Source of the DNA: an uncultured delta proteobacterium
GTDB lineage: Bacteria > Myxococcota_A > Polyangia > Polyangiales > Polyangiaceae
Reading direction: 5' to 3'
Assembly: GCA_963716725.1 (NCBI GenBank)
Contig: CAVQUB010000015.1
Location: 32,001 to 96,000 of the forward strand
DNA length: 64,000 bases
This document shows positions 10,855-21,909 of the stretch, piece after piece. How positions within the stretch are numbered: position 1 is the first letter of the stretch; every line of letters begins with the position of its first letter. The notes beneath the pieces were generated by a model that worked only from the letters and a program-made list of their open reading frames with translations, searched no databases and was not told where the DNA came from. The position numbers and the translations under genes were made by a program.

Positions 10855-13800
10855 GGTTGCTCGAGCTCGGGCTCCTGCGTTTTGGCGGATTCACCGACCA
10901 CACGCTGGATCTCTCGGCGCCCGGGCTCCACCTCGTGTTCGGCAGAAACGAGGCGGGCAAGAGCACCGCGCTTCGCGGCATCACCTCGCTCCTGTACGGC
11001 TTCCCGCACGGGCGCGCCGACGCCTACCTGCACGACGAGGTCTTGCTCTCGGGTCGCGTGCGAGCCGAGGACGGCGCCGAGCTGTCGTTTCAGCGGCGGA
11101 AGGGCCGCAAGAACACCTTGCTCTCATCCAGCGGCGAGCCCATCGACGAGACCGGCTTGTCGCGCTTGCTCGGCGGTGTGAGCCGGAGCGTCTTCGAGAC
11201 GACCTTCGGTCTCGACCACGAGCGCTTGCGTCGGGGCGGCCAAGATCTCGCGCTGGGGGGCGGCGAAGTGGGGCAGAGCCTGTTCGATGCGGGCATCGGC
11301 GGCGGTAGCGTCAAACGGGTGCTCGATGAGTTGGCCGCGGAGGCCGAGCGGCTGTTCACTCCGCGCTCGCGCACCCGTGGGATCAACGAGGCCCTGCGCG
11401 AGTACGCGGACCAGGTGAAGGTCGTGCGCGCCGAGTCCACGCGTCCGGAGGCCTGGGCTCAACAGAAGCAGGCCCTCGAGTTGGCGAGTGTCGAGCTCGG
11501 CGAGATCAACGTGCGTCGAGCAGACCACAAGCGGCAGCTCGCGGCAGCGCAAGAGCTGGTGAAGGTGCTGCCGCTGCTAGCGCGACGTGAGGCAGCCCAG
11601 CGCGAGCTCGCGGACGTCGCGACCGCGCGGCTGCTCCCGGACGACGCCGAGTCGCGCCGCACCGCGGTCGAGCGCGAACTCGATTCGACGGAGCACGACC
11701 TTCGGGAGGTCGACAGGCAGATCGCGGGGTTCGATGGGGAGCTGATCGAGGCTGTCGTGTCCGACCAGCTGCTCTCGCTCGACGAAGCGGGGGCCGACGC
11801 GCTGCAGGCACGCCTCGGGAAGTATCGAGGCGACCGCGCCGACTTGGGAAAGCGCAGGGGGGAGCTGATCGCCTCGGAGGCTTCCGTCCGCCGACGCCTC
11901 CAGTCCCTCGGGCGCGGCTCGGACGCAGAGGCGCGATCGCTCGTCCCCCAGCGCGCAGAGGTGGCTCGCGTCAAGGCCCTCGCGCGCGAGCGGGCCCGAC
12001 TCGAGGCCGAGCTCGAAGCAGGGAACGAACGCGTGGCCGAAGCGGGCCTCGCGGTGGCCGAGCAGGAGGCGGCGGCGGTCGCGGCTCCCTCCGAGCTGTC
12101 CGATCTGGGCGGTAAGCCCGGGCTTCTCGAGCAGGATCTGCCGGGCATCGCGACCGTCGACGAGTTTTCCCGTTGCTTCGTGCGCCTGGAGCGGGAGCGT
12201 GACAAGTGGGCCGAGCGAAAGGCCGCGATCGAGAGCGACGCGGCTCAGGCGCGCGCCGAACTCTCGGAGCTCCAGCTGGCCGGCGAGGTTCCCACCGAAG
12301 CCGAGCTGCGCAGCGTGCGTGCGGAACGCGAGATCGCTCTCGCGTCGCTGAGGCAGGCCGTCCACGCGGGCGACGCTGGCGTCGCGGACGAGTTTGCGAA
12401 GCTCGAGCGACTGCAGCGCGCGGCGGACGAGGTAGCGGACAGGTTGCGGCGCGAGGCCGAGCGAGTGGCGCGCTTCGCCGCCAGCGAGGCCAAGCGCATC
12501 AAGGCAGCGGAGGGCATGGAGTCGCTCGGCGAAAAGCACGCGGCTCTCGACGCCGAGCGAGCCGCGGCCGAAGCGCAGTGGCGGGCGCTCTGGGCCGGAG
12601 TCGAAATCCCAGATCCGTTCGCCCGCCGAGATGCGCGGCCTGGTCGATGGCTGGCTCAAGGCTCGCGAGCGCCGTCGCGAGAGCCTGGTCTTGCTGGCTC
12701 GCTCGCGCGCAAAGCACGCGGCGGCGGTCGATGCTCGGACCGAACAAGAGCGCGCGCTCGACGCTTGGCGGGCGCGCTGGGCGGAAGCGGTCTCGTGTTT
12801 GGGCCTCGGCGGCGACGCGGTGCCCGAAGAGGCAGATGAGATGCAGACCGCGCTCGGAGAGCTGGCCTCCGAGCTCGACGTCTGCGAGGGACTTCGTCAC
12901 CGCGTCCGCGGAATGGACCAAGACTGCGAGAGCTTCGAGCGCGACGTCGTCGATCTGACCCGGCGGCACCTGCCGGAAGCCGGGGTCTCTGCTGGCGAGG
13001 GAGTCGAAGCCGTCGCCACGATGCTGATCCAGCGCAGCCGGGCGAACCGCGCGGCTCTGAACAAGCGCGAAGACCTCGAGGCGCGCCGTGCTGCTGCGGT
13101 GGATCGTGCGAGTGAGCTTCGAGCGAGGAGCGAGATCCTCGAAGGCGAAGTCGCGGGGCTGATGCGCGCAGCGGGGGTCTCGGAGCGCGCCGAGTTGCCC
13201 GCCGCGGAGGCTGCGTCGACCAAACGTCGCCGAGCGGAGGCCGATCTGAAGCAGATCGATGCAGAGCTGCGCGAGGCCTGCGGCACGGCGAGCGTCGAGG
13301 CGGTGCGTGATCGAGCGCGGGACGTGAGCCTACCCGATGCGCGCGCGCTCGTCGCGGAGCTCGAAGACGCGCTCCACGAGATCGATGGCGCGCGGGACGG
13401 CGTGCGTGACCGTGTGCAGGCGCTCAGCTCGGCCTCGAGCGGTACGACGACCGGCAGAGCGCCGCCGATGCGCAGGTCGAAGTCGAAGCGCTCTTGGCTC
13501 GGATCCGCAGCGATGCCGAACGCTGGGCGCGGGTTCGGGTAGCGTGGCGCGTACTGCACGGGGAGGTCGAACGTTATCGGGCGACCCACCAGGCTCCGCT
13601 CCTCGAGCGCACGAATCAGCTTTTCCCGCGCCTGACCGAGGGCCGGTATCGACAACTCGCCGTGGATCACGACGCCGAGCCCCCGGTGCTCGAGGCGGTC
13701 ACGGCCGACGGCGCCCGTGTTCCCATCGCGCTCCTCAGCGAGGGCACTCGGGATCAGCTCTATTTGGCCCTGCGCCTCGCGAGCCTGGAGCACTACTCCA

Positions 13801-14042
13801 CCGCCAGCGAGCCGCTGCCGCTGTGCCTGGACGACGTGCTGATCAACTTCGACGATCCGCGCTCGCGGGCTGCACTGGGCGTGCTCTCGGAGGTGACCTC
13901 GCGCGTCCAGGTGCTGCTCTTCACCCACCACGAGCATGTGGTCGCGGCGGCCAGGGACGTGCTTTCTGCGGGCAGCGTGACGGTGCACGAGCTTGGGCGC
14001 CGGGAGCCCGTGCCGGAACCGACCCGGGCGCAGCCAGCCTGA
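10851..14042 (+). CDS. YhaN-like (AAA_27, SbcC/Rad50-like) coiled-coil ATPase; two frameshifts (about 12620 and 13430)
   Basis: Walker A GRNEAGKST, long coiled coil, then signature LSEGTRDQLYLALRLA, Walker B LCLDDVLINFDD and FTHH, spread over three ORFs; coupled to the yhaO-like gene. Confidence 0.9.
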
Positions 14043-14154
14043 GATCCGCCCTGTCAGGTGCCGGCAGAGTGCGTCGCCGGCAAGTGCGTCGTGCCCAGCG
14101 CCAGCGCCTGCCCAGCCAACTGACCGGTTGGCGCTGCGCCTTGCAGTGCGCCGG

Positions 14155-14472
14155 CTACGGCACACCGCTCTGGTAGAGCTTGCGCACGTGCTCGACGGCG
14201 GTGTTGAAGCGCAAGCGAAACTGTTGAGTGAAGGCGCCGGCCTCGTAGAGCTTGTGGGACGACTGCCAATCGGCTTCGTCGACCGCGATCTCGGAGTGGT
14301 GCGGCAGCGCGCCAAGCTCGGGCCGCACGAAGCGCGAGGGCAGCTGGCTCAGGGACTCGGCCAGCTTGGAAGTGACGCTCCCCATCCGGTCCCGCGATCC
14401 CTGGGCGTAGCGACCCGAGAGCACGCGCCCGTTCCAGGTCTCGATGGCCGCCGCCGCGGCCTGAACCTTCAC
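14155..14472 (-). CDS. Hypothetical protein (105 aa)
   Basis: GTG start overlaps the stop of the pentapeptide-repeat gene; normal amino-acid composition. Confidence 0.55.
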   Translation of the reverse strand: MKVQAAAAAIETWNGRVLSGRYAQGSRDRMGSVTSKLAESLSQLPSRFVRPELGALPHHSEIAVDEADWQSSHKLYEAGAFTQQFRLRFNTAVEHVRKLYQSGVP

Positions 14473-15245
14473 TCCATGCGCTGGGTGCCCGAGCCGGCCG
14501 CGGCGCGCGCGGCGTCGATCAACTCATCGATCTTGAAGCCGTTGATCTCGAGACCGGTCACCTCGGCGGACCGGATGGACACCTTCGAGAGGTTGACGTT
14601 GGCGAGCTTCGCGCCGGAGAGGTTGGCGTTGTCGATAGTGCATCCCGACAGGTCGACGTCCATCAACCTGCAACCGGTGAGATTGGCGTCGGTGAGCGTG
14701 GCGCCCGAAGCGTCCACGTCTTCGAAGATGGCTCGCGCAAAGGAGACGTCGGCGAGGGTCGCCTCGGAGCAATCGCAGTTCTTCAGCGTCGCGGAAGCGA
14801 GCTTGGCGTCCGAGAGCGTTGCGCGGGAGAGATCCACGTTGCTCAGCCGAGCGTCGGAGAGGTTGGCGTCGTCGAGCCCGAGCCGCCTGCCGTCGAGGTC
14901 CTCGATTGTGGCGTCCGCGAGCTTGGCGTCGGTCAAGCGCAGGTCGGTGGCGTCGATGTCCCGCACTTCGGCGTGGGAGAGGTTTGCGTCGGAGAGGCTC
15001 AGCGACGACAGATCCACGTTCGCGAGGCGACTTGCTTTGATGTCGATGTCGTCGGCATCGAGGCCGATCAGGGTGGTGTTCTTCAGGCGCAAGCGCGAGA
15101 GTGAGCCGCCTTCGAAGCGCGCGCCGTCGAGCTTGCAGTCTTTGAATCGCGCCTGCGTGAGGTTGGCGTCTTCAAAGCGCGCGCCTTCGAGATCGCTGGC
15201 GTCGAAGCGCGGCGCGCCGGGCGGAACGGTGGACTCAGCTGCCAT
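14469..15245 (-). CDS. Pentapeptide-repeat protein
   Basis: Near-continuous A(D/N/K)LSx-type pentapeptides over more than 200 aa. Confidence 0.92.
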   Translation of the reverse strand: MAAESTVPPGAPRFDASDLEGARFEDANLTQARFKDCKLDGARFEGGSLSRLRLKNTTLIGLDADDIDIKASRLANVDLSSLSLSDANLSHAEVRDIDATDLRLTDAKLADATIEDLDGRRLGLDDANLSDARLSNVDLSRATLSDAKLASATLKNCDCSEATLADVSFARAIFEDVDASGATLTDANLTGCRLMDVDLSGCTIDNANLSGAKLANVNLSKVSIRSAEVTGLEINGFKIDELIDAARAAAGSGTQRME

Positions 15246-15363
15246 GCGTCACCGGTCCGAGCTTTTCACGACAGGGCGCCTGGCGTCCAATCTCGCCGCA
15301 GCCGCCGCGCTTTCGTCGTGCGGACGGGCGACGGGGTTGCGACACGGGATGACGTCAGGTGTT

Positions 15364-16620
15364 TCAGTCGAAGCGACGTCGGAGGCAGGCCGCGGCGGCG
15401 AGCGCTGCGAGGGACCAATGCCCGCCGCGCTCGAGCGGTCGTCCGGCCCCTCGGCACGCGCAGCCGCCCTCGACGTCGTCGCCCCCCGTCGCCGCACGCG
15501 TTGCGCCTGCGCCGCCGGACGAGGGATTGCCGCCTCCGCCCACCGAGGGCGCGCCGCCGCCGCCGGTCGGGCTGGACGCGCCCGCCCCGGCGTTGCCCGT
15601 CCCGGCGGTTCCGGCGCTGCCGCCGCCTCCGCTCGCGGGCTCGGCGACCACGAGGTCGATCTGCAAGGTCGCGCCAAACGCGCCCTTGCCGGCGCGGTCC
15701 ATCCGAAAATCACCCGCGTAGGTGCCGGGCGTCGTGGGAGCGACGAAGGCCACGGCCCAGGTCTTCTGGGCCTTGGGCGCGACGCTCTCGCTGGCGCCGA
15801 GGGCTGCCGGGAATGCGCCGCCGAGGCTGTCTCCGTTCACGTGCGCGAGGGAGTAGCCACCGGCCGTGCTCCAGGTGGTGTTGCCGGTGTTCTCGATCAC
15901 CCAGGTCTTCTGGAAGCTCGCGCCGGGTGCGACGCTGATGCTGCCGGTCGGCGCCTCGCTGCTCTGCGTGTCGTCATCGACTTCGACCGGGGCCGGGTTC
16001 TCGCACTTGTCATCCGGCAGGCCCTTGTAGGTGCCTTGGCTGAGCCAGAAGCTCGTGGGGCCTCCGCACGGACCGGAGAAGGGATCGTCCGAAGTGCCGC
16101 TCGCGTAGCGGACCTCGAAGTGCAAGTGCGGCCCGGTCGAGTTGCCGCTCGAGCCGACCTTGCCCAGGTGCTGCCCGCACTTCACGGTCGCATTGAGGGA
16201 CACCGTGAGGGAGCCCTTCATCATGTGGCCGTAGGTGGTGGTCTTGCCGTCCGCGTGCTCGAGCCGAACGTAGTTGCCGAAGCCGCTGCCGCAACCGCAG
16301 GTTCCCGTCGAGCACTTGTCGTCGCAGCCGTCGTTGACGAACACGACCTTGCCGTCCGCCGCCGCCACGATCCAGCGACTCCCGGCGTCCATCACCGGCC
16401 AGCTCCCGATCCCGAAATCGCTGCCTTTGTGGCCGCCGTAGGTGGTGGTGCCGCAGTTCCAGTCTTTGAGCCCGGCGCCGCTGTCGAGATCGCGGTAGGC
16501 CGACGGGTAGGGCTGGGTGCCGGAGCTCGGGAGCTCGATGGGGAAGCGATACTTCTGCGCGTGCGCGGCGCTGCTGATGAGCAGCGCGCCTGCGGCGACG
16601 ATGATTGCGAGGGCCTTCAC
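15364..16620 (-). CDS. M23 metallopeptidase with NBR1-like Ig domain and MYXO-CTERM sorting tail
   Basis: Signal peptide, HKGSD (HxxxD), GNYV, STGPHLHFE (HxH), FQKTWVIENTGNTTW, and C-terminal GGCAC...hydrophobic...RRR. Confidence 0.88.
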   Translation of the reverse strand: MKALAIIVAAGALLISSAAHAQKYRFPIELPSSGTQPYPSAYRDLDSGAGLKDWNCGTTTYGGHKGSDFGIGSWPVMDAGSRWIVAAADGKVVFVNDGCDDKCSTGTCGCGSGFGNYVRLEHADGKTTTYGHMMKGSLTVSLNATVKCGQHLGKVGSSGNSTGPHLHFEVRYASGTSDDPFSGPCGGPTSFWLSQGTYKGLPDDKCENPAPVEVDDDTQSSEAPTGSISVAPGASFQKTWVIENTGNTTWSTAGGYSLAHVNGDSLGGAFPAALGASESVAPKAQKTWAVAFVAPTTPGTYAGDFRMDRAGKGAFGATLQIDLVVAEPASGGGGSAGTAGTGNAGAGASSPTGGGGAPSVGGGGNPSSGGAGATRAATGGDDVEGGCACRGAGRPLERGGHWSLAALAAAACLRRRFD

Positions 16621-17162
16621 GGCTCGGCCTCGACTTCGGCCTTGCCCGTGCTGAAGTCGACGCTCCAGCGCCGGCCGCTGCCGTCGTCGTAGGAGAGTGC
16701 CGAGGCGCTGATGCGCACGTCGCGCGCCGGCGGCGGGACGAAACCCGACCAGGGCTTGCCCGCGACGAGGCCGCGGTTCGTGATCTGAACCACGAGACCC
16801 GAGCTTGGCTCGACGATCCACAGCGACGCTACGGTGGTGCGACCCGAGACGAACGCCACGCGGCCGTCGGGCAGGGCCACGGGCATTTCATCGGGACCCT
16901 GGGCCGGTGCGAGGGGCGTGGCCGCGCCGGAGGCTTCCACCAACCAGAGATCGCTCTCGCCCGGCTCGTCGGTGGCCCGGGCCTCGACGCGGCGCCCTCC
17001 CGAGAGCAGGGCCGGGGGTCCGATCACGCCGGCGCCGAGCAGATCGCTCTCGGCTCGCAGCACGATGGGCGCGGCGCGTTGGTCCAGCACCTGGGGCGGG
17101 CCGTCGTCCGAGCTGCACGCGAAGGCGAGGCTCAAAAGCAACAGCCAGCTCACGCGACGCAT
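16617..17162 (-). CDS. Lipoprotein with TolB/PD40-like repeats
   Basis: Lipobox LAFAC; SDLWLV...PDGRVAFVSGR...SLWIV pattern; stop overlaps the M23 start. Confidence 0.7.
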   Translation of the reverse strand: MRRVSWLLLLSLAFACSSDDGPPQVLDQRAAPIVLRAESDLLGAGVIGPPALLSGGRRVEARATDEPGESDLWLVEASGAATPLAPAQGPDEMPVALPDGRVAFVSGRTTVASLWIVEPSSGLVVQITNRGLVAGKPWSGFVPPPARDVRISASALSYDDGSGRRWSVDFSTGKAEVEAEP

Positions 17163-17226
17163 TGCTGGCAGCATAGCGCGCCTGCGCCGCCCGGTCACTC
17201 GGTGCTGCTATGCTGCCGCGCCCATC

Positions 17227-18829
17227 GTGACGCTCCCGGAAGAAATCAGCATCGAGCTCGGCCTGGACGACGCCGACGACGCGGAGGCGCTGCGCGTTGT
17301 CGTCGCGCGTGCGCTCGGCGTTGGCCTCGGGTCATTGCCCGAGCTCGTGGTGCGCAAGCGCTCGCTCGACGCGCGCAAAGGGCGAGTGCGATTCCACGTG
17401 CTGGTGGGCATTGGGGCCCCGCCCGAGAGCCCTCTCGGCGAGCCCTCACCGCGAGAGGTCGCGCTGCCCGCGCGCGTCGTCATCGTCGGCGACGGTCCCG
17501 CGGGCATGTTTGCGGCCTATGCGCTCGCGCGCCGCGGGATCGCCTCGGTGCGTGCTCGACCGAGGCAAGCCCGTGCAGCCTCGGCGTCGCGACCTCAAGG
17601 TGCTCAATCAACAGGGCCTGGTCGACTCGGACAGCAACTACTGCTTCGGCGAGGGCGGCGCCGGCACCTACAGCGACGGCAAGCTCTACACGCGCTCGCA
17701 CAAGCGCGGCAACGTGCGGGACGTGATCGAGGTCTTGGCGCTGCACGGCGCGCCGAGCTGCGATCCTGGTCGACGCTCGACCCGCACATCGGCTCGAATC
17801 TGCTTGCCGCAAGTGGTCACGGCGATCCGCGAGCATCTGGAGAGCGTGGGCGTCGAGTTCCGCTTCGGCGCTCGGGTCACCGAGCTCGTGGTCGACGCCG
17901 GGGGGCCGTCGCCAGATCGCCGGCGTGCGCCTGGCGGACGGCAGCGAGATCGGCGCGAGCGTGGTCGTGCTGGCCACGGGTCACTCGGCGCGCGACGTCT
18001 TCGACATGCTGGTGCGCGCGGGGGTGTCCGCTCGAGCCCAAGCCCTTCGCGCTCGGGCGTGCGCATCGAGCACCCGCAGCCGCTCATGAACCGGATCCAG
18101 TACGGGAGTGCGGCGGGACACCCCAAGCTGCCCGCCGCGGCCTATCGCTTGGTTGCCGAGGTCGAGGCGCGCGGCGTGTTCTCGTTCTGCATGTGCCCGG
18201 GCGGCTGGGTCGTGCCGGCGAGCACCGAGGTGGACGGTCTGGTGGTCAACGGCATGAGCCTGTCGCGTCGCGACTCGCCCTTCGCGAACTCGGGCCTGGT
18301 GGTCGCCGTCGAGCTCGAGGACTTGGCTGGAGCCGGGCTCACGGGACCGCTCGCCGGAGTCGAGTTGCAGCGGCGCGTCGAACGCGAAGCGCTGAGCGCC
18401 GGCGGCGGGGCGCTGGTCGCGCCCGGGACGCGCGCCACTGATTTCGTTGCCGGAAGAGCCTCGAGCACCCTGCCCAAGTCGAGCTACGTGCCCGGGCTCG
18501 CCGCCGGCGACGTCGCATCGGTGCTCGACATTGCGGGGATCCCCATCGCCGATCGCCTACGTAGGGCCCTCCGGGAGTTCGACCGGCGGATGCGCGGCTA
18601 CCTGAGCGAAGAGGCGGTGCTGATCGGCGTCGAGTCGCGCACCAGCTGCCCGGTGCGAGTACCGCGTCACCCGGAGACCCTCGAGTCCATGGACCTCGGC
18701 GGACTCTATCCGGCCGGGGAGGGCGCCGGCTTCGCCGGCGGCATCGTCAGCGCCGCGGTCGATGGGCTGCGCATCGGGGAGCAGATCGCCCGGCGCTTCG
18801 AGCTCAGTTCGCCGCGCGCGTCAGGGTGA
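17227..18829 (+). CDS. Uncharacterised FAD-dependent oxidoreductase; several frameshifts
   Basis: VIVGDGPAG, FGEGGAGTYSDGKL, LATGHSARD, FCMCPGG and YPAGEGAGFAGGIVSAA, split across frames. Confidence 0.88.
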
Positions 18830-19988
18830 GCAGGGTGATCTCGGCGGGCGCGCCGAGCCGCATGGGCGGGCCCCAGTACCCGGTGCCGTTGCTGACGTAG
18901 ACCAGCGCGCGGCCGAAGCGGTGCAGCCCGCTGACGACCGGCTGTTGCAGGCGCACGAAGATGCTCCAGGGGAAGATTTGGCCCCCGTGAGTGTGGCCCG
19001 AGAGCTGCAGCCCGACGCCCAGGCGATCAGCTTCGAAGATCTGTCGCGGCTGGTGGGCCAGGAGCAAGAGTTCTCGACTCGGGTCGCGGCCCTCCAGGGC
19101 GCGAGCGAGATCAGCGCCGTGCCCGCGGCCGAATCGATGTGCCGAGTAGTCGTCGACGCCGGCCAGGTCGAAGCTCTCGTCTCCCAGGCCGATCGGGACG
19201 CGTTCGTTGCGCAGCACGCGGATGCCCAGCCGCCCGAGCTCGGCACACCAGTCTTCTGCGCCGGCGTAGTACTCGTGGTTGCCGGTCACGAAGTACACGC
19301 CGTACTTGGCGCGCAGCTGCGCCAGTGGTGCCACGTGCTGCCGAAGCTGATCGACCGAGCCGTCGACCAAGTCCCCGGTGATGGCGATGACGTCCGGCTC
19401 GAGCGCGTTGGTCTCCCGCACGACGCGCTCGATGAACCCGCGCTGGATGGTGGCGCCCACGTGCAGGTCGGTCAGCTGCGCGACGGTGGTGCCGCTCATG
19501 GCTTCCGGCAGCCGGCCGAGCGGCGTCGTCACCCGCTTGACGACCAGCTCGGTGAGACCCGAACGAGCGGCGACGGTGCTGGCGCCGCCGGCGATCAGGG
19601 CCACGCCGACCCCCAACATCCGACTCACGGTCAAGCGGCGCTCGGGATCTTCGGGGGCGCTGTCCACCAAGAAGCGACCGACCAACCCCAGACCGAGGCG
19701 GCTCACATCCACCACGGCGAGCAGCATCACGATGATGAACAAGAGGCCCATCCAGCCGAAGGTCGTGAGCAGCACCGGCCGCATGTTCTCGAAGCGATGG
19801 CTGCGCGCGAGGGTGAACGTGACGGGGATGGTCAAGAAGAGGGCGAGAACGACGGCGCTCAATGCGCGGTGCCAGATCATCGGCAGCGCCAGATCGCGCA
19901 CCAGCCGCGCCCAGACGTAGTAGTGCAGGCTGCCGGCCAGAGTCAGGACAACGGCGAAGAACAAGAAGAAGGACAGGGCTCGCGGCAC
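18804..19988 (-). CDS. Membrane-anchored YkuE-like metallophosphoesterase
   Basis: N-terminal TM helices; TDLH, TGDLVD, GNHE, LAHQP and SGHTHGGQ. Confidence 0.92.
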   Translation of the reverse strand: MPRALSFFLFFAVVLTLAGSLHYYVWARLVRDLALPMIWHRALSAVVLALFLTIPVTFTLARSHRFENMRPVLLTTFGWMGLLFIIVMLLAVVDVSRLGLGLVGRFLVDSAPEDPERRLTVSRMLGVGVALIAGGASTVAARSGLTELVVKRVTTPLGRLPEAMSGTTVAQLTDLHVGATIQRGFIERVVRETNALEPDVIAITGDLVDGSVDQLRQHVAPLAQLRAKYGVYFVTGNHEYYAGAEDWCAELGRLGIRVLRNERVPIGLGDESFDLAGVDDYSAHRFGRGHGADLARALEGRDPSRELLLLAHQPRQIFEADRLGVGLQLSGHTHGGQIFPWSIFVRLQQPVVSGLHRFGRALVYVSNGTGYWGPPMRLGAPAEITLLTLTRAAN

Positions 19989-20194
19989 TCGGAGTGTTCT
20001 TAGGCACGAAGCACGAGCCTGGCCAGCCCTGACCCGCGAATGACCGACCGATCGCGGCGGGTCATACTGGGGAATGCGCCCCCTGGCCTGCGCCATCACA
20101 GCCCCGACGCTGGTCGCGGCGCTCGGCTGCGGTCCCGCCGAGCGCTCCGCGGTTCGGGAGCCGCCACGCCGCCTCGGGCCCCGTAGCGGAGTTC

Positions 20195-21490
20195 TCACGC
20201 GGTCATGATCAGCGGGCTCTGCTTTCGGCGCGTCAGGGTCCACGTCGGTGGTGCGCCGGGCGTCGCAGTGTCCGCCAACCACAGCCGATACGAGCCGTCC
20301 TCGGCGATGAGTCGCACCTGCTCCGTCTTCACGCCGTCTTTCATCGTTGATCCGGGCTGCCTGAGTTCTGCCGACTCCAAGTGCGCGAGACGAGCCTGCT
20401 CCAGCGGAGCGCCGCTGGCTCGAACGTCCCACAGCGAGTGCTTCCAGCGCTTGCCGCTGTGGTCCACGTGGCCCATCAGCTCCAGGCTGCGGTGGTTGGT
20501 TCCGAAGAAAGACAGTACACGCCGCGTGGTCCCTGACGCACCGAGGAGCAGTTGAGCGCTCACCTTCATCGGCGTACCGCCGACGGTGACGTCGCTCTCG
20601 AGCGTGAGGCAGTCGATGGGCTCGACGTTCGGGAGCTTCCGCGTCGAGGCGAGCAGCACGCCGAGCAACGCCAGGACCCACAGCGCCGGAGGCAGCACCC
20701 AGAGCACCGGGACCGTCACCTGCAGCACCATCCCGAACACGGGCACGAAGAGCAAGAGCCCGACCGGGAGCATGGCGCCGAACATCGCCGCCTTCTCGGC
20801 GATGGCGACCCGCCCGGCGAGTGAGCGGCCGAAGCCCTGGCTCGTACGGCGCAGCGCTCGATCGAGGTCGAGCTCGCGCTTCTGGTAGTGCTCACCCACG
20901 ACCAAGTTGTCGGTGCTGCAGTAGTTGCAGCGCCTGAGCGAGGTGCCGTCCGGAAGCGCGGCGGCGCAGGCCCGGCAGCGCGGCGGCGCTCCAGCCTGGG
21001 CGGGCGCGAGCGGCAACGCCGCGAGACCCATCGACCGCAGCCAGTACAGCGAGAGGGCGAAGAAGAAGATGGAGAGTGGCAGCCCGGAAGCGACTGAGAG
21101 CAGCATCCACCAGTTGGCTGCGAGGTCGTTGTTCCCGGCTTCGCCAGCGAAGAACTCCAAGAACGGAACGTCGTGATCGAGGCCGAGGCCGAGCGCGGGT
21201 CCGCCGAAGAGCACCCACATGGTGATCCAGATCACCAGCGACGTGCCTTGAACGCTGGTGACCGCATCGACCCACTTGCCCGTGAGGTGGCGCTGCTGCG
21301 CGCTGCGTTCGTCGAGGCGCGCGCGTAGCGTCGCCAGCCGCGCGCCGAGCTCCGGCGTCAGCGGCTCGGTCGAGTTGCAGTACCGGCAGGTGGGCAAGGG
21401 GCCGGCGAGGGTGAGGGGAACTTCGCCCCCGCAGCTGCGGCAGTTTCCGACCAAGGACTGGCTGGCGTGTTGGGCGCTCATCTGGGTCAC
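20195..21490 (-). CDS. Membrane protein with two zinc-ribbon modules
   Basis: CxxC...CxYC occurs twice, each followed by a pair of TM helices. Confidence 0.75.
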   Translation of the reverse strand: MTQMSAQHASQSLVGNCRSCGGEVPLTLAGPLPTCRYCNSTEPLTPELGARLATLRARLDERSAQQRHLTGKWVDAVTSVQGTSLVIWITMWVLFGGPALGLGLDHDVPFLEFFAGEAGNNDLAANWWMLLSVASGLPLSIFFFALSLYWLRSMGLAALPLAPAQAGAPPRCRACAAALPDGTSLRRCNYCSTDNLVVGEHYQKRELDLDRALRRTSQGFGRSLAGRVAIAEKAAMFGAMLPVGLLLFVPVFGMVLQVTVPVLWVLPPALWVLALLGVLLASTRKLPNVEPIDCLTLESDVTVGGTPMKVSAQLLLGASGTTRRVLSFFGTNHRSLELMGHVDHSGKRWKHSLWDVRASGAPLEQARLAHLESAELRQPGSTMKDGVKTEQVRLIAEDGSYRLWLADTATPGAPPTWTLTRRKQSPLIMTA

Positions 21491-21571
21491 GGATGGGACC
21501 GAGCATCTTGCCAGATCTCGATGGGTTCGAGCGGTGACATCCGTCAGTGCGGGCGCGGCGAGGCCGCCGCG

Positions 21572-21865
21572 TCACCACCGCTCGGCGCTGCCCGCCGGCA
21601 GGAAGGGCCGATCCCGCTGCGAGTGGCGGGCGGTGCCCACTGAAAAACTGAAGCGCTCCGGCGAGAGATCGATCACCGCCATGGGCCTCTGTTCTCGCCC
21701 CACCACGATCACGTCCTTCAGCACGTGCACGCGGGAGCCGCGCTCTTGGGCCGTGCGAGCGTGATCGAGCTTGGCAGCACGGCGCCGGGGAGTGGCCGGC
21801 GGCGCTGCCGAAGCCACGCCAATACCCAGGGCAAAAGCCAAAAGAAACCATCGAATGTTCATCAT
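21572..21865 (-). CDS. Small secreted hypothetical protein
   Basis: SD-like gaaggga upstream; signal peptide RWFLLAFALGIGVASA. Confidence 0.7.
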   Translation of the reverse strand: MMNIRWFLLAFALGIGVASAAPPATPRRRAAKLDHARTAQERGSRVHVLKDVIVVGREQRPMAVIDLSPERFSFSVGTARHSQRDRPFLPAGSAERW

Positions 21866-21909
21866 CGACTCCCTTCGAAGATTGATGCACGCGACCCCGG
21901 GATCGGATC

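Noticed and set aside
14469..15245. Pentapeptide-repeat protein as a Qnr/MfpA quinolone-resistance gene
   Set aside because: The repeat alone is not diagnostic, and no Qnr-specific features were recognised.
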